Shown here: positions 19,606-28,923 of the stretch, piece by piece | Layout: each line of letters opens with the position of its first letter | How positions within the stretch are numbered: position 1 is the first letter of the stretch | IMG/VR virus record: IMGVR_UViG_3300045988_138996 | Location: 165,775 to 229,774 of that record | Reading direction: 5' to 3' (one strand) | DNA from: a virus | DNA: 64,000 nucleotides | Notes under the pieces: model-generated | Databases searched by the model: none | Seen by the model: only the letters and a program-made list of their open reading frames with translations | What the model was told of the DNA's origin: nothing | Program-made: the position numbers and the translations under genes

Positions 19606-22600
19606 ATGTCTATTATTTCTGAAATTGCACAAGGTTTAAGTTCGATTCTAAGAAAGAATCAAAAGCCTGTAATGCAGTATGCTGAAAATATCGCTTTAGT
19701 TGCCGAAGTTCCTTTCGACAAAGAAAAGGTAAATCAATGCCAAGGCTTTACATATAATCCTCAAACAGAAAAATTTATCGTAGCTTGTATTAATGCTGAT
19801 AGCTCTACACAAATCTTATATGAGTTAAATAAAGATTTTACTGTCGCGCGAAGTGTAGAAAATACTGGCGCCGATAAACTTGGTCACTGTAATACTTTAT
19901 TTTTCGACGATAAGCTACGAGCTACTAATGGTGCTGCTAACGGTAATCGTATTTACGCGATCGATGATAATTTAAATGCAGGTGAATATAAAGACTATAC
20001 CGATCGTTTCTATAACGTAGGTTATAATCCTGTTACGGGCCAATATGCTAGCGTATTGCCTGGCGAAGATAATAGCACTCGTAAAATTAAAATCTACGCT
20101 AATAGCGATTTGACCGACGGTAAAGAATATATCGTTACCGTGAATGAGAAAAATAACGATTCTAACGGTGCTTTGTTCGTCGGTAATAAAGTTATATTCA
20201 GTTTAATGAGACGCATCGTCGAAGTCGAAATTAGCGATAATACGGCTACTATCATTCGTGAACTTGAGTTCGAACCAAAGGCCGAAATCGAAGACTTCGC
20301 ATTAGTCGATGGTGCTATTTATATGGCAGCTAATAGCCACGACTATATTCGTATCTACAAATATGATTTTGCTAGAAGCTATTTTAATAATATCAATAAC
20401 GACTTTTTAAATAATGGTATCGTAGTCGGTAATCAAGTCGGCTATCACGGTCAATCTGTCGACAAAGCTACTAATTATGTTATGGCTAAAATTAATGCTA
20501 ATAACAATTTAGAAGTCGGTGACAAACGTAATTTAACGACAATCTTGGGTAAAGAATTAAAACATTATAACGGTACTAATTCTTATACGGTACTTACGAC
20601 ATATCATTACGATAAAGCGATTTACAATAAAACTAAGACTGATGAGCTCTTTGTTAAAAAAGCCGATGTTCAAAGTTTAGTCGGTGGTAAAAAATCTCTT
20701 AATGTCGTTGCAGAAGGTGTCGATAATACTGGCGCTATCGACGTAACTGAAAAGTTAAACGAAATCTTTGTTAAAGCTAATGCCGAAAAATACGAAGAAG
20801 TAATTTTCCCTGACGGTATTTATAAGATCGAAAATGTCGTAAAGATTTTCTGCCCAGAAAAGATGAGTCGTTCTTTAATCGTTAGATCCGAGAATACTTA
20901 TGGCGCCACTATTCTATGCGATCATACCGATGCATCTCAAGGTGATATCGGATTTGTATTGACTCGTAATGCCTTAGAAGATCAAGATGAGACAGTAGCA
21001 AAAGCTTATAATACCACGATTGACGGTTTTATTTTTAAAGTTAAAGATCAAGATGCCGAAGGCAGTAGCTTTAAATTTATTGGTACTGCTAGTGACTTTA
21101 ATGATTTATTATTTATTAATCTAAAATTATTAAATCTTCGGATGACTAATACTAAAGATTGTGCTGGTAATAATATCGATTTAGCTGCTAGATGTAATAA
21201 TTCAACGATCGATAACATCAAAACTAATTATGGTATGTATGCTATATATTTAGAGCATGATGGCAGTGTAAATAATAGCATAAGTAATATTGTTTCTAAT
21301 AACTGTACTTTCTGTATATCTTCGTATACATACGCTGATTATGAAACTGTTACTTTCCATTTTGACGATACTGTCGATTTAAATAATGGTAATATGGCTA
21401 ATTTCTACGCTAATAAAATATCAAACTTTAAATTGACTGGTAGATGGGCTCTTAATCAAAATCCATTGTATATTAACGTTGGACCAAGAGCGGAGATTAG
21501 TAATGTTACGTTAGATATTACTCTTGATGAAAATGCCGACCATGTACTTGTAGAAGAAAAACCTTCGGCATTTATTTATTTAACATCACCAGAAAGTGCC
21601 AAACTTGAAGTTAAAGTAAATGATCTTAAATTCGATAAATTCCAAGAAAACTTCGACTACTGGATACAAAAAGGTACTAAATTCTCTTGGATCAATTCTC
21701 CAGAATTATCTATCTCTCCGAATGGCGTTACTGAGTATCCTGCATTAACTTTATTTAACAATTTAGGTTCTGTCGATGAATATAGTTCTAGAGGTTTCCT
21801 TAATAGAAAATATGAAATCAAAGCGGAAGATTCAGCTAAAACAAGAATCTATTTAGGTTATGATAGAACTATTCATGAAGCAAAAATTGATAGTAAAGAT
21901 GAATTAGCTGACGGTGAAGGTTCTGCTATCTTCTTCGGTGCTAATGGCGTTCCTTATAAAGACGCTAAAGATCATGATTATAGTAATTATGCTGCCGGTG
22001 TTGCTGGCGATGTGTATTTAGAATCTAAGCCAAATAACTCCGGTCATTTTGGTTATGTATCGACTTATCGTTATACGACACGAACTGAATATTTACCGAC
22101 AGCTGATAAGCCTACTTCTGTTACTAACCATGGTGATAGAACAATGACTTTTGGCTTCGATAAATTCCCAGTATGGACTAACGGCACATTAAAAGACACT
22201 CCGATTACTGTCGGTAGTGGAATGAATGTATTGGGTAAAGGTCTCTTTAAGGTTATCGAAACTGATGTCGAAGCTAAAACTATGAAGTGTGAGATACCTG
22301 AGACTTATAAATCCGATGTTATTACTTCATTAGCTGACTTAACTATGGAAATCTATTTCACACCGGCTAAACCTGTTAATACTATGGGTATGATGACATA
22401 TGAAACAATTCCGATTATTCATTCTGGTCCTACAGAAAAAAGACCGACTGAGCACTTAGTTGTCGGCCAACAGTATTTCGATACAACACTCGATATGCCG
22501 GTATTCTGGAACGGTACTAAATGGATCGTTAATGCTGCCGATGTTAGCGACAGATTAAAAGATTATGTTCGCATCGACAAACTTATGGCAACCGATATGA

Positions 22601-22722
22601 CACAAGCACCAGCGTTTGCTGGACAAATGATAATAGATAATAATACACTTTATATCGCAGAGTCTACTGAAGGCCCTGGATCTTGGCGTATAGTTTATTT
22701 ACAACCTAACGATCATTTATAA
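19606..22722 (+). CDS. Tailspike/depolymerase with a pectate-lyase-like beta-helix
   Basis: aaggaga SD. LNVVAEGVDNTGAIDVTEKLNEIF...VIFPDGIYKI matches the tailspike beta-helix N-cap pattern. Long Asn-rich repeats follow. Confidence 0.65.
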   Translation: MSIISEIAQGLSSILRKNQKPVMQYAENIALVAEVPFDKEKVNQCQGFTYNPQTEKFIVACINADSSTQILYELNKDFTVARSVENTGADKLGHCNTLFFDDKLRATNGAANGNRIYAIDDNLNAGEYKDYTDRFYNVGYNPVTGQYASVLPGEDNSTRKIKIYANSDLTDGKEYIVTVNEKNNDSNGALFVGNKVIFSLMRRIVEVEISDNTATIIRELEFEPKAEIEDFALVDGAIYMAANSHDYIRIYKYDFARSYFNNINNDFLNNGIVVGNQVGYHGQSVDKATNYVMAKINANNNLEVGDKRNLTTILGKELKHYNGTNSYTVLTTYHYDKAIYNKTKTDELFVKKADVQSLVGGKKSLNVVAEGVDNTGAIDVTEKLNEIFVKANAEKYEEVIFPDGIYKIENVVKIFCPEKMSRSLIVRSENTYGATILCDHTDASQGDIGFVLTRNALEDQDETVAKAYNTTIDGFIFKVKDQDAEGSSFKFIGTASDFNDLLFINLKLLNLRMTNTKDCAGNNIDLAARCNNSTIDNIKTNYGMYAIYLEHDGSVNNSISNIVSNNCTFCISSYTYADYETVTFHFDDTVDLNNGNMANFYANKISNFKLTGRWALNQNPLYINVGPRAEISNVTLDITLDENADHVLVEEKPSAFIYLTSPESAKLEVKVNDLKFDKFQENFDYWIQKGTKFSWINSPELSISPNGVTEYPALTLFNNLGSVDEYSSRGFLNRKYEIKAEDSAKTRIYLGYDRTIHEAKIDSKDELADGEGSAIFFGANGVPYKDAKDHDYSNYAAGVAGDVYLESKPNNSGHFGYVSTYRYTTRTEYLPTADKPTSVTNHGDRTMTFGFDKFPVWTNGTLKDTPITVGSGMNVLGKGLFKVIETDVEAKTMKCEIPETYKSDVITSLADLTMEIYFTPAKPVNTMGMMTYETIPIIHSGPTEKRPTEHLVVGQQYFDTTLDMPVFWNGTKWIVNAADVSDRLKDYVRIDKLMATDMTQAPAFAGQMIIDNNTLYIAESTEGPGSWRIVYLQPNDHL

Positions 22723-22731
22723 TAAAGATAT

Positions 22732-22760
22732 ATCCCCGTACTTAGTGCGGGGATTTTTTC
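22732..22760 (+). terminator. Rho-independent terminator
   Basis: atccccgt/gcggggat stem with one G-U pair, then a T6 run. Confidence 0.8.
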
Positions 22761-22807
22761 TGTAATATAGTAGTATATATTTTAAATCTACGAAAGGACA
22801 TATTCAT

Positions 22808-23998
22808 ATGCCAGAAACTAATATATACGATTATGAGTTCACCGTTAATGAAAGTGAACCTAAGAGGGCCGAGATGCTCAATCGGTTGAAAGACCGTGTG
22901 CAGCACGTTGATAAAAAAGAAGTTATCTCGTCTGACGAATACATCGACGGCGAATCTAACTTTAACGAAGATAAAGCATTAAGTGCTTTTTTGTTAAATA
23001 AATTGTTTCCGTCTAAAGCTAAACTATTAAAAGATCATTATACAAAAGATCAAGTCGACGGTTTGTTGGGCAATCTTATCGCTAAATATTATTTAAAAGA
23101 TCAGATCGATTCGCTACTCGCCAACTTAAAGAATGAATTAAAATCCTCTTTAGATGCGAACGGTAGCGAAGCTGTTAAAAAGCTTAACGATCTCAAAACA
23201 GAATTATCTAAACATCGTACGCTTGAGGAGTTAAATCATCCTGATGCTAGTGTTACGACAAGAAAGTTACGTGATCATTCTGTCACAAAAGAAAAGCTTT
23301 CAGACGGTTTAACTACAGAATTAAATAATAAGTTAAATAAAAATGGCGACACTATCACTGGTCCTCTTAAATTTGCTTATAGTAATCCGATTCTTATGGA
23401 AACAGGCCCTGGTACTGGCAAATATCATCGTATCGGTTCTGGCTCTACGTTGGAAGAAATCGCGCAAGGCAAAGCTCATCTAGACTTAGGTGATTACGAC
23501 GGTAACACTTACGAAACTAATCTATGCTGTGTTAGCCGTCCAGGTTGGTATAATTCTACGACAAAAGAAGTTAAACAATTTGCCCTTCAGGAAGAAATCG
23601 AAGCATTAAATAATAAAGTAAACAATATTCCTAAAGGTGGTGGCGGTAGCTCTACCTTCGCTAAGATTTCAGCTAATAAAATTTGGAGCGGTCGTGTTAC
23701 TGTTAGGAATAATAGAGGATCCAGATCTAAGCCAAAATTTAAAGTTTGCGATCTTCCGTCAGATTGGCAACAAATTATCATTTATTCCTCTATTGAGCAA
23801 CGAGCATCTGATAATGATAGCGGTTGGTATAACTATATGACAGGTTGTTTCGCGATTCTAGTAAAAGGCATAGCAACTGACGTTATTGCTGGTTATCAAG
23901 GTGAACAAGAAGTAAAATCTTTCTTTGTCGAAGGTAATACTTTATATATGCGTGGTCTTACTCCGAACGGTGACGACGTAAGCGTATTTAACCTTTAA
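22808..23998 (+). CDS. Tail fibre protein
   Basis: acgaaagga leader/SD. Fibre motifs HYTKDQVDGLL, HPDASVTTRKLRDHSVTKEKLSDG, KNGDTITGPLKF. Confidence 0.7.
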   Translation: MPETNIYDYEFTVNESEPKRAEMLNRLKDRVQHVDKKEVISSDEYIDGESNFNEDKALSAFLLNKLFPSKAKLLKDHYTKDQVDGLLGNLIAKYYLKDQIDSLLANLKNELKSSLDANGSEAVKKLNDLKTELSKHRTLEELNHPDASVTTRKLRDHSVTKEKLSDGLTTELNNKLNKNGDTITGPLKFAYSNPILMETGPGTGKYHRIGSGSTLEEIAQGKAHLDLGDYDGNTYETNLCCVSRPGWYNSTTKEVKQFALQEEIEALNNKVNNIPKGGGGSSTFAKISANKIWSGRVTVRNNRGSRSKPKFKVCDLPSDWQQIIIYSSIEQRASDNDSGWYNYMTGCFAILVKGIATDVIAGYQGEQEVKSFFVEGNTLYMRGLTPNGDDVSVFNL

Positions 23999-24002
23999 TT
24001 TT

Positions 24003-24052
24003 AATCCTTCATATAATATAATAATATTATATTATATGAAGGATTTTTTTAT
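24003..24052 (+). terminator. Perfect 43-nt palindrome plus T7 (strong terminator)
   Basis: Positions 24003-24045 are perfectly self-complementary about 24024; T-run at 24044-24050. Confidence 0.8.
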
Positions 24053-24067
24053 TATGGAGGAAATAGT

Positions 24068-24445
24068 ATGAAATATCCACGAGCCGCTATGGTTCATAAA
24101 TTTTTATTTATGATGCTAGTTGAACTAGCTCCTTATACTCGAGGCTCTCTCGATTTTTTACATGTATCGAACGAAGCTTTTCGTCTATTAATGAATATCG
24201 TAAGAGACGAACATAATATATCGTTGTATAACGAAATGCGATCGTACTCTTTAGATTATCAAGGTCTTATCGATAGAGAACATAATAATTATAATATCTT
24301 AGGCGAGCGAATTAAAGTTCTTATTATGATGATTGTTAATTCGTTCTATATGTTTAATAAATGTGATGAACGATATTTTAATCTTTATAAAGATAAAATA
24401 AGAGGAGTACGAAATGTTAAATTCTTTAGATATACGCAATATTGA
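24068..24445 (+). CDS. Hypothetical protein, tandem paralog family A (1 of 7)
   Basis: ggagg SD. Helical, Tyr/Asn-rich. Similar size and motifs to the next six ORFs. Confidence 0.6.
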   Translation: MKYPRAAMVHKFLFMMLVELAPYTRGSLDFLHVSNEAFRLLMNIVRDEHNISLYNEMRSYSLDYQGLIDREHNNYNILGERIKVLIMMIVNSFYMFNKCDERYFNLYKDKIRGVRNVKFFRYTQY

Positions 24446-24788
24446 GAATTTTAAGCTCGATATCATTCATTATATTGCCACTATTGTGGATAAAACCTGG
24501 TGGACCTCTAAACATTTTAATCAAAGATATTATGAAGTGGCCGATATCTATAATATATCGGTTCTTGCGCTTGCTGATTTTAAGGGTGGCGATTATTTAA
24601 AACTTGGATTCATTAGTTATACTTCTATTTATTATTATATTATAGATTGTAGTAATAAAAAGATGCTCACCGAGTGCGAGAAGAAATATATCGAACTTAG
24701 TATTTTATATTATAATAAATATCGACAAGATAAAGATTTAACAGGTATAATAATTAAACAAATGAGGTTAGATAATGGACTATTATGA
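24414..24788 (+). CDS. Hypothetical protein, family A (2 of 7)
   Basis: aggag SD. IIHYIATIVDKTWWTSKHFNQRYYEVADIYNI and a LYYNKY-type helix. Confidence 0.6.
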   Translation: MLNSLDIRNIENFKLDIIHYIATIVDKTWWTSKHFNQRYYEVADIYNISVLALADFKGGDYLKLGFISYTSIYYYIIDCSNKKMLTECEKKYIELSILYYNKYRQDKDLTGIIIKQMRLDNGLL

Positions 24789-25146
24789 AACTAGAGTATC
24801 TCTAATATTTTATTTATACGAAATGGTCGATAAGGATTCTTGGCGGCTTAATAATAGTTTAAATAAATTTAGAGTTGTATCTGATTTATATAGAATATTA
24901 TTGGATGTGTTATCCGAGTTCGTTAATGTGCGTTATGGTAATCTTAGCGATGCAAATGAAGAAGACGTAAGAGAAGTTATTACCGACAGCGCCTACTGCT
25001 CCTTGTCAAAATTCAAAGACGAAAAAGCACTTCGTTATATAAAAATTACGTATCTATTATATAATAATATTCGCGATCTGCCATGGAACTTATCCGATAA
25101 AATTTGTAAAACTATACGAGAAGGAAAATATGAATGCCAAAAATAG
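24775..25146 (+). CDS. Hypothetical protein, family A (3 of 7)
   Basis: LIFYLYEMVDKDSWRLNNSLNKFRVVSDLYRI and LLYNNIRD, parallel to members 2 and 6. Confidence 0.6.
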   Translation: MDYYETRVSLIFYLYEMVDKDSWRLNNSLNKFRVVSDLYRILLDVLSEFVNVRYGNLSDANEEDVREVITDSAYCSLSKFKDEKALRYIKITYLLYNNIRDLPWNLSDKICKTIREGKYECQK

Positions 25147-25471
25147 AACGATAGCCGTACTTAAATATATTAATTCTATAGAATCAGCTAAATCTCGGTA
25201 TATAAATAATGCTTCTGAAAATATAGTCTGTACTATTTATTATATTTATAAAGATATAATAAGAGAATTATCGCCGGGTCATCACGTATTAAAAAACGTT
25301 AGTTCTATTAGAGCTCATGTTTTAATACAACAAGATACAAGCTACGCTTTACCGGAAAAATATCGTAAGTTAATTACGTTAATTTCTTTTTATTATCGTC
25401 CAGGGTCATTTTTTCCTCTTGTCGAAATGATAATAGAACGAAGTAAAAATTTGTTTGGAGGAAAGTTATAG
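25130..25471 (+). CDS. Hypothetical protein, family A (4 of 7)
   Basis: gaaggaaaa SD. Same length class and motif order. Confidence 0.55.
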   Translation: MNAKNRTIAVLKYINSIESAKSRYINNASENIVCTIYYIYKDIIRELSPGHHVLKNVSSIRAHVLIQQDTSYALPEKYRKLITLISFYYRPGSFFPLVEMIIERSKNLFGGKL

Positions 25472-25822
25472 ATGGATAGACAAAAGGAACTTGTCGAATA
25501 TATATATAAACTTATTAATTCTAATTTTCGATATAGAAAATATAAGATACACGATAAGACTTTCGTCGTTCATTTTGTTTATAATTTATTCTATGCTATA
25601 TTTAAAGCATCTTATCCGAGAGATAGAATACAACCAATTGCGTCGAAATTTCATTTTAATCTCGTTATGTCTCATAAAGCAAAAAATGCATATTATCCGT
25701 CTAAAAAAGAAAAGAAGATAATAAACGTTGCATTATTTAATTATAACGCAACTGAATATAATAATTCTAAGTTAAAAGATCTTGTCGATCTGGCTCAGCA
25801 TTATATGGAGAAATTTAAATAA
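25472..25822 (+). CDS. Hypothetical protein, family A (5 of 7)
   Basis: ggagg SD. YIYKLINSNFRYRKYKIHDKTFVVHFVYNLFY parallels member 7. Confidence 0.6.
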   Translation: MDRQKELVEYIYKLINSNFRYRKYKIHDKTFVVHFVYNLFYAIFKASYPRDRIQPIASKFHFNLVMSHKAKNAYYPSKKEKKIINVALFNYNATEYNNSKLKDLVDLAQHYMEKFK

Positions 25823-26244
25823 TGAGTATTACTAAATATTTTAACGAAGAAGAATATGTTACACATTGTGCTAAGCTAAAAGAAGATATGATACTTTATA
25901 TAAATCAGTTTCTTCACTCAAATCATTGGAGGATGAATTATCCATCAGATCATTACGTTATGATATCTGATATATATAATATAGCACATCCTTTATTATA
26001 CGATTTTAAAGATAATTGGCACGATCATTTATCTGATACTAACTTTGTCGAAGTTAGTGAATATGCTAAATATTTTAAAAGTCGGATACCGTTAGCCGAC
26101 GATGTTAAAGTTTTCATTCAGATCGTTATATTATATTATTTTAAACATTTCGAAAATTCTAATTTTATGATTATATATAATAAGATACTCGATGACATGT
26201 GTGAATTTTATGATACGTCAGTAGTATTGAGTAAAAGGATTTAA
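25822..26244 (+). CDS. Hypothetical protein, family A (6 of 7)
   Basis: TAATG overlap. ILYINQFLHSNHWRMNYPSDHYVMISDIYNI parallels members 2 and 3. Confidence 0.6.
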   Translation: MSITKYFNEEEYVTHCAKLKEDMILYINQFLHSNHWRMNYPSDHYVMISDIYNIAHPLLYDFKDNWHDHLSDTNFVEVSEYAKYFKSRIPLADDVKVFIQIVILYYFKHFENSNFMIIYNKILDDMCEFYDTSVVLSKRI

Positions 26245-26247
26245 ATA

Positions 26248-26607
26248 ATGACTGTAATGAACGGCGCTCGAGAAATCAAGATAGTACTCTTTATACGCAA
26301 ATTAATTAAGGAGCACAAAAAATACATTAATTATCGCATCAGCGACGAAGGATTTATTGTTTTCATGGTGTTTAATTATTATTATGAGGTCATGAAACGG
26401 ATTCATCCTAAAGCACAAGTATGGCAGCTAAAAAATACATTCGATGTATGTACCGTTATGCGACATAAGAAAATAAAATATAAACTAAGTAAAGAAGATA
26501 AACGATGTATTCTTATAGCATTTCATCTGTTTAATCGCATAGAATATAATAAAACATTAGTCGATAATGTTATTGCTAATTTATTTAAGCTAAGAGAATA
26601 TCATTAA
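26248..26607 (+). CDS. Hypothetical protein, family A (7 of 7)
   Basis: LFIRKLIKEHKKYINYRISDEGFIVFMVFNYYY parallels member 5. Confidence 0.6.
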   Translation: MTVMNGAREIKIVLFIRKLIKEHKKYINYRISDEGFIVFMVFNYYYEVMKRIHPKAQVWQLKNTFDVCTVMRHKKIKYKLSKEDKRCILIAFHLFNRIEYNKTLVDNVIANLFKLREYH

Positions 26608-26636
26608 CCCGTAGCAACCTGTAGCTGCGGGTTTTC
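26608..26636 (+). terminator. Rho-independent terminator closing the family A array
   Basis: cccgtagc/gctgcggg stem with one G-U pair, followed by tttt. Confidence 0.7.
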
Positions 26637-27033
26637 TTATATCTTATTATATCGTACATATATTCGCTATATAAGGGAAATTTTTGTGGTGTATATTTTT
26701 ATAATGACGCGTTTTGTGTGATGTGTTTTTTATTTTTGTCTTTCTCTTTTTTTTGTTTTGTGTGAGGAAGGTTAGATTGTTAGGCAGTGGTTGTATTATC
26801 AATTATGCTTTGTAAATGAGAATGCTTATATAGGGCCAAATTTTGGTTTTGGATCAAAGGGGTAAGTGTTTTATATATAGGTGGCCTCGGAGCTAAAGTT
26901 CGCCCCCCCTGCTTTGATTCAGGGTGTTATTTGATGGAGAGCTTGGCCTCGAGACCGTACAGACATACATAATGATGTCTGCCATTTAATTATTAGTCTT
27001 GGGAAGACGTTAAAAGCAACCAGGAGGATTATT

Positions 27034-27312
27034 ATGAAAAAGACAGTAGCAACAGTAATGGTAGCAACAGTAGTAGGAATGACAATGTGGTTTGCAACAC
27101 CAGTTGCACCAGATCACTACGAAATGCATGTTGTTAAAGGAGGTGAAACTATTACAAGCATCATAGAAGATGCTAATCGTAACACGGATGTCAACTATGA
27201 CATTCGCGAAGCTGTTGCAACATCTGTTGCTAAATCAGCTAAGATGGAAGGAGGAGTGACAAGCAGATCAATCCATCCAGGAGAAAAGATTGCTGTTCCT
27301 ATCTACAAGTAA
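27034..27312 (+). CDS. Small membrane-anchored LysM-like protein (YneA-like architecture)
   Basis: aggagg SD. N-terminal TM helix, then VVKGGETITSII...IHPGEKIAVPIYK resembling a LysM fold with an insertion. Confidence 0.45.
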   Translation: MKKTVATVMVATVVGMTMWFATPVAPDHYEMHVVKGGETITSIIEDANRNTDVNYDIREAVATSVAKSAKMEGGVTSRSIHPGEKIAVPIYK

Positions 27313-27398
27313 TTAGATAGGCTCAGTAACATAGTCCAGCTGTATGACTATAAACTATAGTAATGTATATCATTGTATGTCATAAGGAGGAAAAGATC

Positions 27399-27833
27399 AT
27401 GACAACAACAACTTATTTAAATTTAGAAACATTGGCAATCGAAACAAAGAATAGTGCAAGAGATTATATGGATCTCTTAGACTCTGCTCAAAAGTATTAT
27501 GCCAAGAAAGGCATAAGAACTATGAAAGGAAGAATAGGAGATGTATGTTTCTTGCAAGAAAGGGAATGTAGGAATGTTCTTATGCTTGCAACAATGGATG
27601 GTCATACAAAATGTGACCTTAAAACAGTAACAGACAAGATTATGTCACTGCCTTACTATGCTGTAGCACGAGGCTATATGCCGGGTGTATTCCGCACATG
27701 GTCTCAGTGCAAAGATTCTACAGACGGTTTTACCGGCAGAAAGTACAAAAAATTTGCCGGTAGAGAAGCTGCCATCCAGTTTATGATAGATAACAATGCT
27801 CCATTAGTGAGCTATGATTATCTAACAAAATAA
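27399..27833 (+). CDS. Protein with a C-terminal RNase H1 N-terminal-type hybrid-binding (HBD/viroplasmin-like) domain
   Basis: aaggagg SD before ATG 27399. YYAVARGYMPGVFRTWSQCKDSTDGFTGRKYKKFAGREAAIQFM fits the fYaV.rGr.pGiy..W.ec...v.g..ga.yKkF pattern. Confidence 0.6.
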   Translation: MTTTTYLNLETLAIETKNSARDYMDLLDSAQKYYAKKGIRTMKGRIGDVCFLQERECRNVLMLATMDGHTKCDLKTVTDKIMSLPYYAVARGYMPGVFRTWSQCKDSTDGFTGRKYKKFAGREAAIQFMIDNNAPLVSYDYLTK

Positions 27834-27857
27834 TTGTTTTTAGAGGAGGAATTCAAA

Positions 27858-28898
27858 ATGAAAAGTATGTTAGAATTAAAGAAAGCATTTGCAGCAACAA
27901 AAAAAGTTAATAATAGTGGTGATTGGTTGCAACATAAAGCAACTCTTCAAGAATTAAAAACAGCTAATATTAGATGTCTAATTATTAGCGAAGAATCTTG
28001 CATTCTCGATGTAGTTGGCGCAAATGTAACTGGTGCCATTACAATGGAAGATGTTAAAGAATCCGCTGTTGTAGTTAAGGGCAAAGGCGTTAATTTCGAT
28101 GGAGACTATCGATTGACAGAAAAGTCGATGGCCAACGTCGAAAACATTATTGATGATCTTTTGCTTATTGTAGGGAACTTCAAAGAGAAAGAAGATGCAT
28201 GTAATTCTTTTACATTTGAAGGAGATGTATATGTACCAATCTCTTTATCGGCAAGTGCGTTAAGACAAGGAAAACGCTTTGCTGTTAAAGAAGAATTGTT
28301 AGATAAATGGTTAACCAAATTGAAAAAAGTTAACCATGGTATTGGTAGCTTTGAAGGAGAAAAGACTCTTAAGGTCGGAAAGGCGACTAAACTTTCTACA
28401 TATGGCAACTTATGGTCTGCCAACGGTAAAGAATTCGTTGTCGACCTTAACGAATATTGCTTCATGATATTTGATAACATGGCAATATTCGGTACAGAAG
28501 ATAACATGGATGGTCAATCATATCATTCGCATTATGATTTTTGCGAGTTATATGGCTGTCCAAAAGATAAACCATTATATCTACAGGCTCGTGTTTCCGG
28601 ATGTACTAAAACTGGTAGTTTGCCAGTTAAAAATATGTCCGGATTTTGGGCATTGGCAGCAGAGTGCAAACAATACTCTGTAATGTCTCTGTCTGAAGTA
28701 GACAGAGACTATTCTGGTGAAGAACCAGCTGTATGGATTGTCGGTAATCCATGCGGCAAATTATTATATGTAACCGATTTTAACGGCTTTAAAGCCGTCC
28801 CAGGTTACATAGATCCGAAGGAGAACACATTTAAAGTTCTTCAGATTATTGAATCGACGCAAGCAAAAGTGTCGAGTCAATTGATTCAACACATTTAA
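27858..28898 (+). CDS. Putative first-barrel subunit of a split YonO/RdRP-like RNA polymerase
   Basis: agaggagg SD. NMDGQSYHS followed by LQARVSGCTKTG resembles the SDGxGxIS and QIRxGGxKG signatures of cellular-type RdRPs. Confidence 0.5.
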   Translation: MKSMLELKKAFAATKKVNNSGDWLQHKATLQELKTANIRCLIISEESCILDVVGANVTGAITMEDVKESAVVVKGKGVNFDGDYRLTEKSMANVENIIDDLLLIVGNFKEKEDACNSFTFEGDVYVPISLSASALRQGKRFAVKEELLDKWLTKLKKVNHGIGSFEGEKTLKVGKATKLSTYGNLWSANGKEFVVDLNEYCFMIFDNMAIFGTEDNMDGQSYHSHYDFCELYGCPKDKPLYLQARVSGCTKTGSLPVKNMSGFWALAAECKQYSVMSLSEVDRDYSGEEPAVWIVGNPCGKLLYVTDFNGFKAVPGYIDPKENTFKVLQIIESTQAKVSSQLIQHI

Positions 28899-28923
28899 TT
28901 TAAATAATAAGAGGAGAATAATC

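Noticed and set aside
2941-23998. Diversity-generating retroelement acting on the fibre genes
   Set aside because: No reverse transcriptase ORF occurs anywhere in the window and I saw no template/variable repeat pair. The paralogs differ by wholesale domain replacement, not by adenine-specific substitutions.
25455-25721. 88-aa alternative-frame ORF overlapping family A member 5
   Set aside because: It overlaps 25472-25822, which has the GGAGG site and the family motifs. The alternative-frame product is low-complexity Ile/Leu/Arg.
26608-27033. Prophage/host or integrative-element junction at the G+C shift
   Set aside because: There is no integrase, recombinase or flanking direct (att-like) repeat at either edge of the island. 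Phage-type class A motifs occur both inside and outside it, so it appears to be an integral part of the phage.
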